DNA of 63,643 bases, the filler included, from Hyphochytrium catenoides (lineage: Eukaryota; Protista; Hyphochytriomycota): assembly GCA_900088475.1 (NCBI GenBank). It is 7 parts of 7 records of this genome, joined end to end, with 100 filler letters (N's around TTAATTAATTAA, not from the genome) between each part and the next. Parts side by side here need not be neighbours in the genome. Positions count along the whole stretch, not along the records: positions 1 to 21,006 come from FLMG01004117.1; positions 21,107 to 26,725 come from FLMG01001601.1; 5 more parts are not named here. The stretch is one strand, 5' to 3'. Under the pieces are notes generated by a model. It searched no databases and had not been told where the DNA came from. It saw nothing but the letters and a program-made list of their open reading frames with translations. Numbering within the stretch: position 1 is the first letter of the stretch; every line of letters starts with the position of its first letter. A program made the position numbers and the translations under genes. This document shows, one piece after another, positions 10,642-21,195 of the stretch.

Positions 10642-13638
10642 GTCGTTCTATCTCACTTCGGTTTCCACCTCCCATGGTGTCGCGATATCCCTTCGCTCTT
10701 GGAGCTTTCGAGTCTTTATTGTCCTGATCTCACGTTCCTATCAGCTACGGTCCTCGGTGTTCTTTCCTCTGTTTTTCTCGTTCCGTGACTCTCATCCCTC
10801 TTCCCACAACAGGCTATTTCTCCTCTTTTAGTCCACTCTCACGGAGTTGCGGTTTTCCTCTGACTGACACAGTCTAACATCTCTCTCCTTCAGGTTGCCC
10901 TGCGAAATGAGATCAACATCTTGAAATGCCTGCGCCACCCTAACATTGTTAGCATTTATGCCTCCTATGAGGACAAGAAGCAGATGTATATGTCCATGCA
11001 TCTCTGCACTGGAGGAGACCTCTTTACAGCGCAAAGAAAGGCCGGGAGAGAGTTCTCAGAGACTGAGATCGCATACATCATCAAAAGCGTCCTTTCAGCC
11101 ATTCAATACCTGCACCAGCAGAATATTTGCGTCAGTGCACAGCGCTCTGCTACCTCTAGCTCCTCCTTAACTGATCGCTGCCTCAACTCATTAATCGCTC
11201 TTCGGTGCCCTAGCTCTCTATCCTTGTCTTATCCGTCTTCTCCCGTCTTTGATAGATAGTAGCTAGATTATTTACTCTTCGTCAGGTGGTTACGATCTCT
11301 TCGCTATCGCATTTTCCAACCTCAGTATTCGGCTTAACTCATATGTTTTTGTATGCATCTTTCTTCCTATCCAGCATCGAGACCTTAAGCTGGAGAACCT
11401 GCTGTTTGACTCGGAGGCAAAGGATGCCTCCCTAAAGCTCTGTGACTTCGGCTTTTGTCGGTACTACGAGAAGGGCGAATATATGCGCCAGCTACTTGGG
11501 ACGGCAGACTATCTAGCTCCAGAGGTGCTAGAAAGAGAATACACGCAGGTCATTACATGCGCCAAGCTTCTCCCAATTTCTCATGTTCTATCTCCATTCT
11601 CTTCCTGAGCCTCAGGGGCCTCCCATTTCTCGCGTCCTCTCCACTCCTTATGTGCTACCGTCAGACTGCTGCGTGTCCTTAGCTTTGCCACCATTATTCT
11701 TATTCAACCTCCTTTCATCTATTGCATGCTTCTCTTTCCTGTGTGCTATCACCATCTTCTTGTTAGGGCCGATGTTCCGTAACTCATCTTTCTTGCCCTC
11801 ATCCATAAGTTGGGTGGAGTTGCGTCACCGTCCCGCGTCGAGCCTCACTAGCTCTTTCTTTCTCTGCTTGATTGTTGCTGTCACCTGCCCGCTACTCCAC
11901 TTAGGCCTGTGATATATGGGCCATCGGGGTTATTACCTACGAGCTGGTGGCTGGCCACGCTCCCTTCACAGCGAAGACTCGTGACCAGATCATTCAAAAC
12001 ATCCTGGCCTACCGCCTCTCCTTTGACAATCCCAAATGGAACAAAGTGTCTGTTGCCTGCAAGTCCTTCGTCAAGAACTTGCTGAAGGTATATGCGGGTG
12101 TCGCTCATCTTCCGTTGCTTCCCGCCAACAGCGCTCTCTCTTCTCTTGTCTACTCCCTAGATTCCCAGCCCTTAAAATGCTCTAGCTCGCTTGGTGCATC
12201 CCCTATGTCGGTTTCTTTCTCGCTCTTGTATGTTGCTAGTATGCCTTAGTTGACCCGTGCCCTATATCACGTCAATAGGTGAACCCTAGAGAACGACCTA
12301 CGGCAGCGGACGCCTTAAAGCACAAGTGGATAGCGGAGCACACCTCTGTCGAGAGCATTCTTGACTCTCCTGGTCGACACAGAACGTTCATCAAGAGCCT
12401 TAAGAGTTATACCCGAAGCAACCAGCTGCGGAAGATGGCACTCCTTTCCACAGCGTTGGCTCTAGAAGACAAGATGGACAAGGTTGTCCTCGCGAGGCAG
12501 TCTGTCTATAGTCCTTACTTTTGCCCTCTCTACTCTTCTCAGGCAGTGCTTTCGGTCTCTTTGCACTATGTCTCTACTTCGTATTAGCCCGAGGAAGTTA
12601 AGGGAGTTATACTGACGTGTCTGTCTTGGCACAGGTAAAAGACCTGATGAAGACATTCCAGGCGTTAGATACTACCAAGTCGGGGACAATTGGGAAGGAT
12701 GGCTTTATAGCGGCCATGGTAAAGGCTGGCGTCACTGAGAAGGAAGCATCATTGATGTTCAAAGAGATTGACCAGGTGAAGTTCCTTGCTTCAGACACGC
12801 CGTTCCGTTTCTAGGCAATTCTGTCCAAGGCTCCCTCTCTCTCTCTCTCTCTTTAGTTCACAAGCTTCTTCTCCTAGCCACCAGCTGACACATTTGCCCC
12901 CAATTCTTTCCCACCCACTAGTGTACTGATGGACATATTGACATCCTCGAGTTCACTGCCGCCATGTTGAGTCCATTTGAACTCGATGACCAGACTTTAC
13001 GAAGCGCTTTTGACCTTCTGACGCACGGTAGCGAACACATCTCCATTGAAACTGTCAAGGCTCTCGCAGGGCCAAAGTATGAAGACCAAGAAGTGGCAGC
13101 CATGATCGCAGCTGCGGATCACGACAACGACGGAAAAATTGGCTTTGAAGAGTTTAGACAGTTGATGAGGTCTCCTCCGATGTCAACCGGGAGAAGAACC
13201 CCTGGTCACCGGCATCTTGGGCAATGGCTTGTCTCTCCAATTTCGTCAGCCACGCCTGCGGGCAGGAAGGACTTTGAAGAGCTTTACACGGAGGTTTGTC
13301 TAAAAGAGAAGCTCCCGACTGCCGAACTGCTCGGAGTCTTGGACATCAGAGTCATATCGAAGCCGAACGGTGATGCTAAAGAGGCGGATGACGCTCAAAA
13401 TACCAGCATAGAGAAGAACCTGAAGGATGCCGATAGCGCTAATGTGGAAAAGATCAGGGTGGATGCCGCAGACTTACCGTCTGGTCATGCTACCAACGGC
13501 TCTATGCAGCCGCTTCCAGAGGTTGCAACCATCCCTTCACAGCCAAGCATGTCACCAGTGACAGCTGAAGATGGTGTCAACAGTGAGGATGTGGTGTCAG
13601 AGCATGCAGTTTACGTCGCAGTCAAGGACCCCAGCTAG
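9987..13638 (+). CDS. Calcium-dependent protein kinase (CDPK) with N-acylation motif MGNCC, 8 exons
   Basis: ELGKG/AYGAVY, ALK, HRDLKLEN, DFG, GTADYLAPE, DIWAIG, followed by junction and calmodulin-like domain (DHDNDGKIGFEEF). Confidence 0.93.
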
Positions 13639-14665
13639 GCTATTGCCCCCATTAACCAATCAAAACCTATTTATTTGGCAGTGGTTTCTGGCCCGCCACC
13701 CTTCTAGTCTCTAGCTCCATCCGTCTTTCGACAGAAGCAGCGGTGGGTGAGGCATCCGACCTAGAGTAGTGGCAGTAGCATGCCTTTTGATGCAGAAGGT
13801 TGGCTACCCGGTCCAGCTCTTGACTTTCCTCTTGAGAAAGGCGTGACAGGGTTGCTATAACCTCCGCCTCGACGACAAGACGAAGACTAAACCGACCAGG
13901 AATATAGGACCAGCGAGGAACGCACCCACGGCAGAAAGGAGAACGGGTGAGCTACTAGTATTCTCTAATAAGCCACCTACTAGAAGCAACGCATTTGAGA
14001 TGACGCTGCTCCCATCTGGGGTTCAAGATGAGGCTTTGTCCACCATATTATCCATGACTCTATGGCAGCTCGACCTTGTTCATAACCCTTGGCGGTTCGC
14101 CGTCGGGCTCTCCCCTAACTGGGAACGAGCTTACTATGGAGGTCGAGGCCTACCACCTGGTCCTTGACGCTATCAACCGAACTCCTCTACAGGTTGTTCC
14201 AGCGAGTGCTGGGTGTGGCTCAGCTCGTCATACAGAGGGGCACTGCGGACATTGGGCTATGTCCATGCGATGCGCCAGTGCCCTTGGTGGCCTTGAAGGT
14301 GTGAGCCAAAGGCCGAAGGAGAGAGTAATTGGAAGAAGTCTCAGCTTCAATAAAATATCTTTGGTGGATCTGTCCTTAGTAATACGCTCTAGAGGTTTTG
14401 TGATGGACTGTCTTCAAACCCCGTGAGCGTATTAATAATACCGTTCTAGATTCATCATGAAGTTTACTGAAGACTATTGCGTCTCTGTTTTGGGCCTGCC
14501 TCGCGAATTGACAGACATCTGAGATGAGTTCTGAAGCTCCTCTCGCTCTTACAGGCTCATAATACGGCGGATGCCGCCGGTTTAGGGTGCCCCAGGCGGC
14601 GGGAAAGAGCAGTATTTCCTATTGACATCCCTGGTGCCTATCGGCTCAGTCGAAGGTAGTACAGG

Positions 14666-15748
14666 ATGAGTGCAGAGCAGGTGACAGCATGCCTTAACAT
14701 CATGCGGCGAATGCCGCCGGCAGATATCGAGAACAACTTGGCAGGGCTGATCAATCTGGTCCCGGACGCGACGGATGAGCTCCTTCAAAGGGTAGACCAG
14801 CCACTTCAGGAGGCCAGAGACTCACAGTCAGGCCGCCCATACCTTCTCTGCGACTATAATAGGGACGGCGACTCTTATCGGTGAGTCTTGACCACTGCTT
14901 AACAGCTTCAGCCCATTCATCTGTGGTTACAAGCCCACCCTTTGCGCTAGGTCACCCTGGTCAAACCTGTATGATCCTCCCATTACCGATGGCGAGGGCT
15001 TTACGCCGTCCGATCAGCTCCGGCAGCTTGAAGTGCAGCTTAATGAAGTCTTTGATGCGTACAGAGAACTCTACTATTCTGGCGGAGTGTCCTCCGTTTA
15101 TCTCTGGGACTTGGAAGAAGGCTTTGCGGGCTGTTTTCTTATCAAAAAGAGTACGGGTTCTACTATATTTTCACAGTTAGCTGTGATTTTATGTGCTGAC
15201 ATCTGGGTCTGTAGCTGTAGGCCAAGGAAGGTTTGTGCACGACGGCTCTTGGGACTCTATACACGTAGTAGAGGTGCATGAAAGCTCTGCCGGGACCGCT
15301 AACTACAAGCTGACAACAACCATTATGTTGACGATGAAAGTCAAGAAGGAAGAGTTCGACTCCAATCTCTCCGGAAGTTTAACTAGACAGGTCCCGTCTC
15401 TAGCCTTGTACTCAGCATCTCCTCGTTATCACTGGGGTCTCTCTCTCTTTCTTTATCCTGAAAGCATCCTGTTAACCTGACTTGTGTTACTTCTCTTGGC
15501 AGAAAGAGAACACTGCTCCGCTGAATGAACAGCAGAGCCACGTTGTCAATATTGGAAAAATGATAGAAGATATGGAGATAGAGATGCGCAGCAATCTTGA
15601 CCAGCTGTACATCGCCAAGACCCAGCAGGTGGTCAACAACATACGATCACTGAATGCCGGCCCTGCGCAGGGCTCTGCCTTTGTGAGTGAGCTGAATAAG
15701 AGCATCTTTCAACATGCCGCCGCCAAGAAAGGAGGACCGGGTTCCTAG
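14666..15748 (+). CDS. CAPZB: F-actin capping protein beta subunit, 4 exons
   Basis: [77 protein letters not shown]. Confidence 0.97.
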
Positions 15749-16429
15749 CTCCCACAAGGACCATCTGCTGGACAGATTTCTCTTTTCAGACACATAAAAT
15801 TTTCACTGGGGAGGCGCAGTTTCCTCAAGGAAACAGCATCTGTCGCCTGTTGCCTTAGACTGACCAGCTCTCGTTTGTCGATACGGCCCATCCAAGCCAT
15901 GCCCTGACAGGCCACGTAACGTAAGCCTCTCTTTGGAGAGTGATCCAGCCTATTCAGCCAGATTCTTTATACGCAGAGCGAACAGAAAGCTTCCCTTGTG
16001 GGACAACTTTCAAGAGGAAATAAAAGATGGCTTCTAAGAACGCGCTAACAGGCCGTCAGCGTTCTGTGCTTAGGATCTCTTATCCCAGTGGAGGGATTCT
16101 GTAAAACAAAGAGGAGTGGCAGGGTGGCCGAGCCAAATATTTCACGTCTCTACCTTAGAAGTTCATGCCCTACTACCAACCCGTTGCGCAACGAAACCCC
16201 AGCACACTTGCAGGAAATGATTATTATTGTTATTGACATGAGGGCAACCAGCACGGGCTGAGAGCTATTGGGGAGCTTTCCTTGGCCAGTGCCTCCTTAT
16301 TAGACTATCGGGATACGAGGAGCTCAAGATAGAGTGAAGTCCATCTGAATTCTGAAGCTTTCTCAATCTCAACAGCTTTTTCAAGAAAGACAGCTCGCAC
16401 TGCGGAGCGGCGGGAGTGAGAAAAAGTTT

Positions 16430-16509
16430 TGACGAAGGTGGGATTCGAACCCACGCCCTTTCGGACCACAGCCTTAATGTGGCTCCTTAGACCGCTCGGA
16501 CACTTCGCC
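16430..16509 (-). tRNA. tRNA-Leu(AAG)
   Basis: GGCGAAGTGTCCGAGCGGTCTAAGGAG-CCACA-TTAAGGC-TGTGG-variable arm-GGGTTCGAATCCC-ACCTTCGTCA forms a complete cloverleaf with long variable arm. A T5 Pol III terminator follows immediately. Confidence 0.96.
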
Positions 16510-17493
16510 TCTGGAATTGAGAGAGGAGGAACCTCTACAATGTATAAAGCTTGCTCTCATACATTGACCACCATCCTTGCCCAGCACGAAAAAGCGGCGC
16601 CGCCTATTGGGTGGCTTAGAGCCAATAGGAGCGAAGCATGACTCATACACATTATTAGGGCTGCTGACTCACTTCCGCTCCTGGCGTACTACTAAGCCTC
16701 CCTCAGTTAACTGGAGCCAAAAGTACAGAGTCATGTTATTACTACTGCCCCGGATCTGATCGAACAACGGCCTCTGGGAAACCAAACAAAATTGAAGCCT
16801 GTGATTCTCTCTCGCTTCACTCTGTCTATCCAGCACCTTCTCTCTCTCAAACGCCAGCAAGAGGTCTTTGAACTGCTCTTCCTTTTGTCAGGACGTACCT
16901 CTTGATTTCTCTGTCTCTCTCAATGATGGAGACGCACGGATAAGGGACGAGTGGAGATGCGGGCGGAGATGAAGATGATGATTGATGATGGACCTCAAGA
17001 CACACTCTCCTTCCCCCTTTTCTCTCTCTCTCTCTCTTTCTCTCTCTTTCTTTCTCTCTCTCTTTCTTTCTCTCTCTCTCTCTCTCCTATTCCTCTTGGT
17101 CTCTCTGTCTCTCTTATGATGTCAAACGCATGAGGGACTCGTACTGACATCAGGGCAGAACAGGTTACCTTTCGCTCTGTCTCTACAGCCCCGCTCCGTT
17201 ACTCTTCCCTCTACCTCTTCGTCTCCTATTCCTCCTATATAAACTCCCGATCCTGCACTCTTCCTTCCTCCTCCACACACTCGTCTATAGGTATCGAACA
17301 CCATAGAGGACGAGGATGTCACGAGGGCCAAGAGAGAGGATGACTAGAGGAAGAACGTAGTGGACGAACTTCATTTCTCAATCATCAAGAAGTGAATGGA
17401 TCTTCCACTGTCGTCTCTCTCTATCGTCGCCATTCTTTCTTCTGCCAAGCTCTAGTGGCTACTCGCAGGAGAAGCGAAAGAAGAGAGAGAGAG

Positions 17494-18933
17494 ATGGCTC
17501 CTCAAGATCATAAAACGGGAAGTGTCTTCATGACAGCCTCGGACGACTTTCACGATCCCGAGGCTGCACGGCGGGAGGCTGAAGATGAAGTCGTATCTCT
17601 GCTGCCCAAGGAGCAAAGTAGCTTATCACTGGACCAAAGGCACCTTTCTGCAGCAGGAGAGAAAGCAAACACAGCTAATCACTCACACTCTCATCACCAT
17701 GGAGAAGAAGTTACATCTAAGAAGGGCTCCTTTGGCCTGTTACTCTTCTGCTTTATGGGGATTGTACTCTCTTTCGTACTGAACGGCGTTATTCTAGAGA
17801 AAGTCTCAAAGACCAAGGTTGAGATGTCAATGATCTTTATCTCCAGTCTCATCTATACGGCAGTAGCGCGGATAGGGAAAAAAATCTCTGGGGAGCAGAC
17901 CTCGAAAGTTCCCCAGCGCTACCTGTGCGCACTGGCTGCGATTGCGTTTCTGTCTACTTGGACCTCCATGTTTTGCCTTCGTTATGTCTCCTTTCCAGCG
18001 AGAGTCCTGGGCAAGTCATGCAAGAGTATCCCAGTGATGATCGCTGGTACTTTCTTAGGCAAGCGGTACACCATCCAAAAGTATCTCAGCGTGATACTCA
18101 TATCCCTTGGTGTCTCTCTCTTTATGTTCGGCAAGCACTCAGGATCGTCTGATGAGAGCAAGCAGACCTTTATGGGAATCTTCCTTCTTGGTGTATCCTT
18201 AGCCGCAGATGGGCTTACGGGAGCGTTAGAGGACAAATTTATGGCAGAGCACGAGCTGGGACCTTTTGAACTCATGTACCAACTCCATGTATGGAGAATT
18301 GGCTTCACTTTCGTGCTCATACTGGTCCTGAATGAGGCGCCTACGTTTATTGGAGTTCTTGGTACTTCCTGGCACCTTATTCTAGCGCTAGGTCTAACTG
18401 GAGCCCTAGGCCAAGTCTTCATCTTCTACACTATCGGGAAGTTTGGTGCCCTTACGACGTCCATCATTGGCACCTGCAGAAAGGTGTTCACGGTTTGCGC
18501 ATCAGTGGTTATCTTTGGACATGTGTTGACCTCCATGCAACATTTGGGCCTTCTTGTTACCTTTGCTGGCATCGTGGGCAACATGTTAAAAGGCAAGAAG
18601 AAGAAAGGGGACAATGCCAAGCAGCACGCACCCAACAACCTCATCCTTCTTGAGAGCCAACCCCTTGTGCCATCCTCACCGTCCCAGGAGGAAGAGGAGA
18701 GGCTAGAGTGCCCAGGCTTAGAGGACGATGTTTCAGATACTCACGTCCTGCCTGTCATTTGCACCTCCCCGCCGACTGCGGATCTACCAGTGGCTGTACC
18801 TGTCGACAGCTCTGCAGAGGACAAAGAGCAACGGACAGCTAGAGATAAGGCTACCACAGGGGGCGATGAGGTCTATCTGACACCAGCAAAGCTTCAAAGC
18901 GGTAATGATCTGATGTTCAGTCCAGTAGCATAG
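17494..18933 (+). CDS. UAA-family nucleotide-sugar transporter (SLC35B1/UTR1-like), single exon
   Basis: LRYVSFPARVLGKSCKSIPVM, ADGLTGALED, GALGQVFIFYTI..FGALTTSIIGTCRKVFT; about 10 hydrophobic segments. Confidence 0.92.
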   Translation: MAPQDHKTGSVFMTASDDFHDPEAARREAEDEVVSLLPKEQSSLSLDQRHLSAAGEKANTANHSHSHHHGEEVTSKKGSFGLLLFCFMGIVLSFVLNGVILEKVSKTKVEMSMIFISSLIYTAVARIGKKISGEQTSKVPQRYLCALAAIAFLSTWTSMFCLRYVSFPARVLGKSCKSIPVMIAGTFLGKRYTIQKYLSVILISLGVSLFMFGKHSGSSDESKQTFMGIFLLGVSLAADGLTGALEDKFMAEHELGPFELMYQLHVWRIGFTFVLILVLNEAPTFIGVLGTSWHLILALGLTGALGQVFIFYTIGKFGALTTSIIGTCRKVFTVCASVVIFGHVLTSMQHLGLLVTFAGIVGNMLKGKKKKGDNAKQHAPNNLILLESQPLVPSSPSQEEEERLECPGLEDDVSDTHVLPVICTSPPTADLPVAVPVDSSAEDKEQRTARDKATTGGDEVYLTPAKLQSGNDLMFSPVA

Positions 18934-20691
18934 ACACAAAAAGCAGATTGTCTGCTAGTATATTTATTGCCTTGCCCCTCTAGGGGTCTGACTCACAGGT
19001 AGGCGTCTATTAAAGCTAATTTATCTTAGGCTTCACCTATACAGTCGATAGTCGCACCTGTGCCACTGTCCGCCTCTCTCTGACTTTAACAGAGTCTGCA
19101 GAGTCGACGACATCTTGCTGACAGTTCTTTAGAGTGAAGAGATTTAGTCTATCTGCATTGCATCCCGGAATATGGACTGTAGCGCTGCCTATCAGCAAGA
19201 ACAGAGCAAAATAGCTCTGAAAGTGGAACTAGGACAGGGCTGGTCCCGCGCCTTTCTACCTTGCATGCAACCAAGAAACCAAAATACTGTTCTGTGGTCA
19301 TCTGGGGCTGTCTGCCTGTCGGCAAAGTCCGCTAGCAGGCAACGGTTTATTCGCCTTTCAAAGTCCATGTCGCCCATCATTCTTCCCTGTTGTGTTGACG
19401 AACGATACTACTATGTACTATAGCTTCCTTTTTATGGAGAAAACTCCTATTTAGAAGCTGCTAAGCTAGAAAAACCCGTGTGTCATCAGCGTTGTAACGT
19501 CGTTGAGACACCTGACATGACCCAAGATGGCAGGCAATGTCTACCACCTATGTTTGATAGGCCCGTCGGTCTCGCCATATCAGACGCCAGACCAAAGCAC
19601 ACAGCTCAGATCGGCGGTGCAATTGGAACGATAGCCAAGTCATCGGTCTTCTGGGTGACGAAAAGCCTCAAGAAGTCCGATGAAATCAGCTTTCAAGCTT
19701 GCCCCAGTAGGGTCATCAGGTCAGTCTGACTCTTGGCTCTTGATGTCTCGATGGATCTCTGGCTTCATGACCTCACACCAGCAACACACAGAATATTCTG
19801 ACACCACCAAAGCAGAGCTATCCGGAATCACCCCTTAGCTTGTTCTTTATATGCAGGCTATTATAAGCTTCCATTCGAGATACGTGAGGGTCTAGGTCTG
19901 GTTATCATAGAGGAGATAACGGTTAGCGGCTATCGTCGATGTAACGGCCCTGGCGGCAAAGGATTTGAGGCTGGCGCTTTCTGCCTCTTTTGGAGGTCAG
20001 GAGAGACGCGATGCCCACCCAGTGGACCGGGTCCTCCGTCGCTTCTCCTCCGCCTTGCTCTTCTTATTGGCCCCTCTCTCTCCCCTATGGTATGTCTACC
20101 GTCTCTCTCTCTCTCTTTCNNNNNNNNNNNNNNNNNNNNNNNNNNNNNNNNNNNNNNNNNNNNNNNNNNNNNNNNTCTCTCTCTCTGTCTCTCTCCTCTC
20201 TCTCTTTTCTCTCTCTCCGCAGTCTCCTTCCTCTTCTCTCGCTGATTATACTTCTTACTCGTCATCTGCTCCTCTCTTTCCTCTCTCTTTTTCTTCTCCT
20301 TCTTTCTTGTTGCATTAAGCTAATCTTCTTTAACCCTGCCCTTGACTTTGCTGGAGCTTCGTGAAGCTCTCCTGCAGTCTCTAGCCGGTCGAGTTCTTCT
20401 GATAGAGCGGGCACCTTTAGCTTTTGGACAACTTGCTCTCGAGCTTCATCTATAACCCATTGACATCCCCGTAGAGTGAAGCCGGCGGATAGCTTGAAGG
20501 AGCGTGCCCATAGACGCTTACGTTCTTCTAAAGTGTTTTACCGTGCCTCTCAGAAAGGTTTCTTTCTGCTTGTAGCACCTTTCATTCTGCTATGCAGCGA
20601 TCCCACGCCATGGGGAACGGTTAGCCATCGCCGTCTAGCCTCTATCTATCTATCTTGAAAAGTCTGGCCCTTCCAAAATTGTTCAGTGAGC

Positions 20692-21006
20692 ATGGCCTCT
20701 TCGTGGATCCAAGCCCCGGAAATGGGAGTTGGCACTCTGCCGTCTCTCCCCCAGCCAGCCACCAAGAATACGGCAAGAATGAGCGCTAGAAGCGCCAGAG
20801 AAGAACCGCCTAGCGTCGCAGAGGAACTAAAAGCTGAGATGCAGCTTCTAGGATGGCACAGAGTCACTAATGAGGCAGCGCTCCGCACTGCGCTAATCCG
20901 CACCAAGCAAGTGAAACAGACAGAAAAGGGCCGCGGCGGACCACGGAGCTTCTTAGCGATTGACAACCGGGAGGAGTGGATCCAACAGGTGGTTGAGGAT
21001 GAGGCG
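20692..21006 (+). CDS. 5' fragment of an unknown protein truncated by scaffold end
   Basis: ATG-initiated open frame of 105 codons running into the spacer; no recognised motif. Confidence 0.4.
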
Positions 21007-21106
21007 NNNNNNNNNNNNNNNNNNNNNNNNNNNNNNNNNNNNNNNNNNNNTTAATTAATTAANNNNNNNNNNNNNNNNNNNNNNNNNNNNNNNNNNNNNN
21101 NNNNNN
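21007..21106. other. Artificial scaffold spacer N44-TTAATTAATTAA-N44
   Basis: Exactly 100 nt with a palindromic six-frame stop linker, repeated identically six times in the window. Confidence 0.97.
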
Positions 21107-21195
21107 TGCAATTGAAAGTGACGTCTTCAACTTCTTACTCCCACCACAACGGCTTGAGTTAGACTCACTTAGCTCTCAATTCAACATTGTCCAAG

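Noticed and set aside
13680-13831. Minus-strand GAGGAAAGTC plus a GAAA hairpin suggesting RNase P/MRP RNA
   Set aside because: No complementary P4 partner or CR-V motif found downstream.
16118-16133. GGCAGGGTGGCCGAGC resembling a tRNA-Leu/Ser 5' end
   Set aside because: No anticodon arm, T arm or matching acceptor strand.
19670-19768. Minus-strand IHRDIKSQ...LKADFIG resembling a kinase catalytic loop
   Set aside because: Lacks the invariant Asn and a true DFG, contains a stop, and has no other kinase subdomains nearby. Probably chance.
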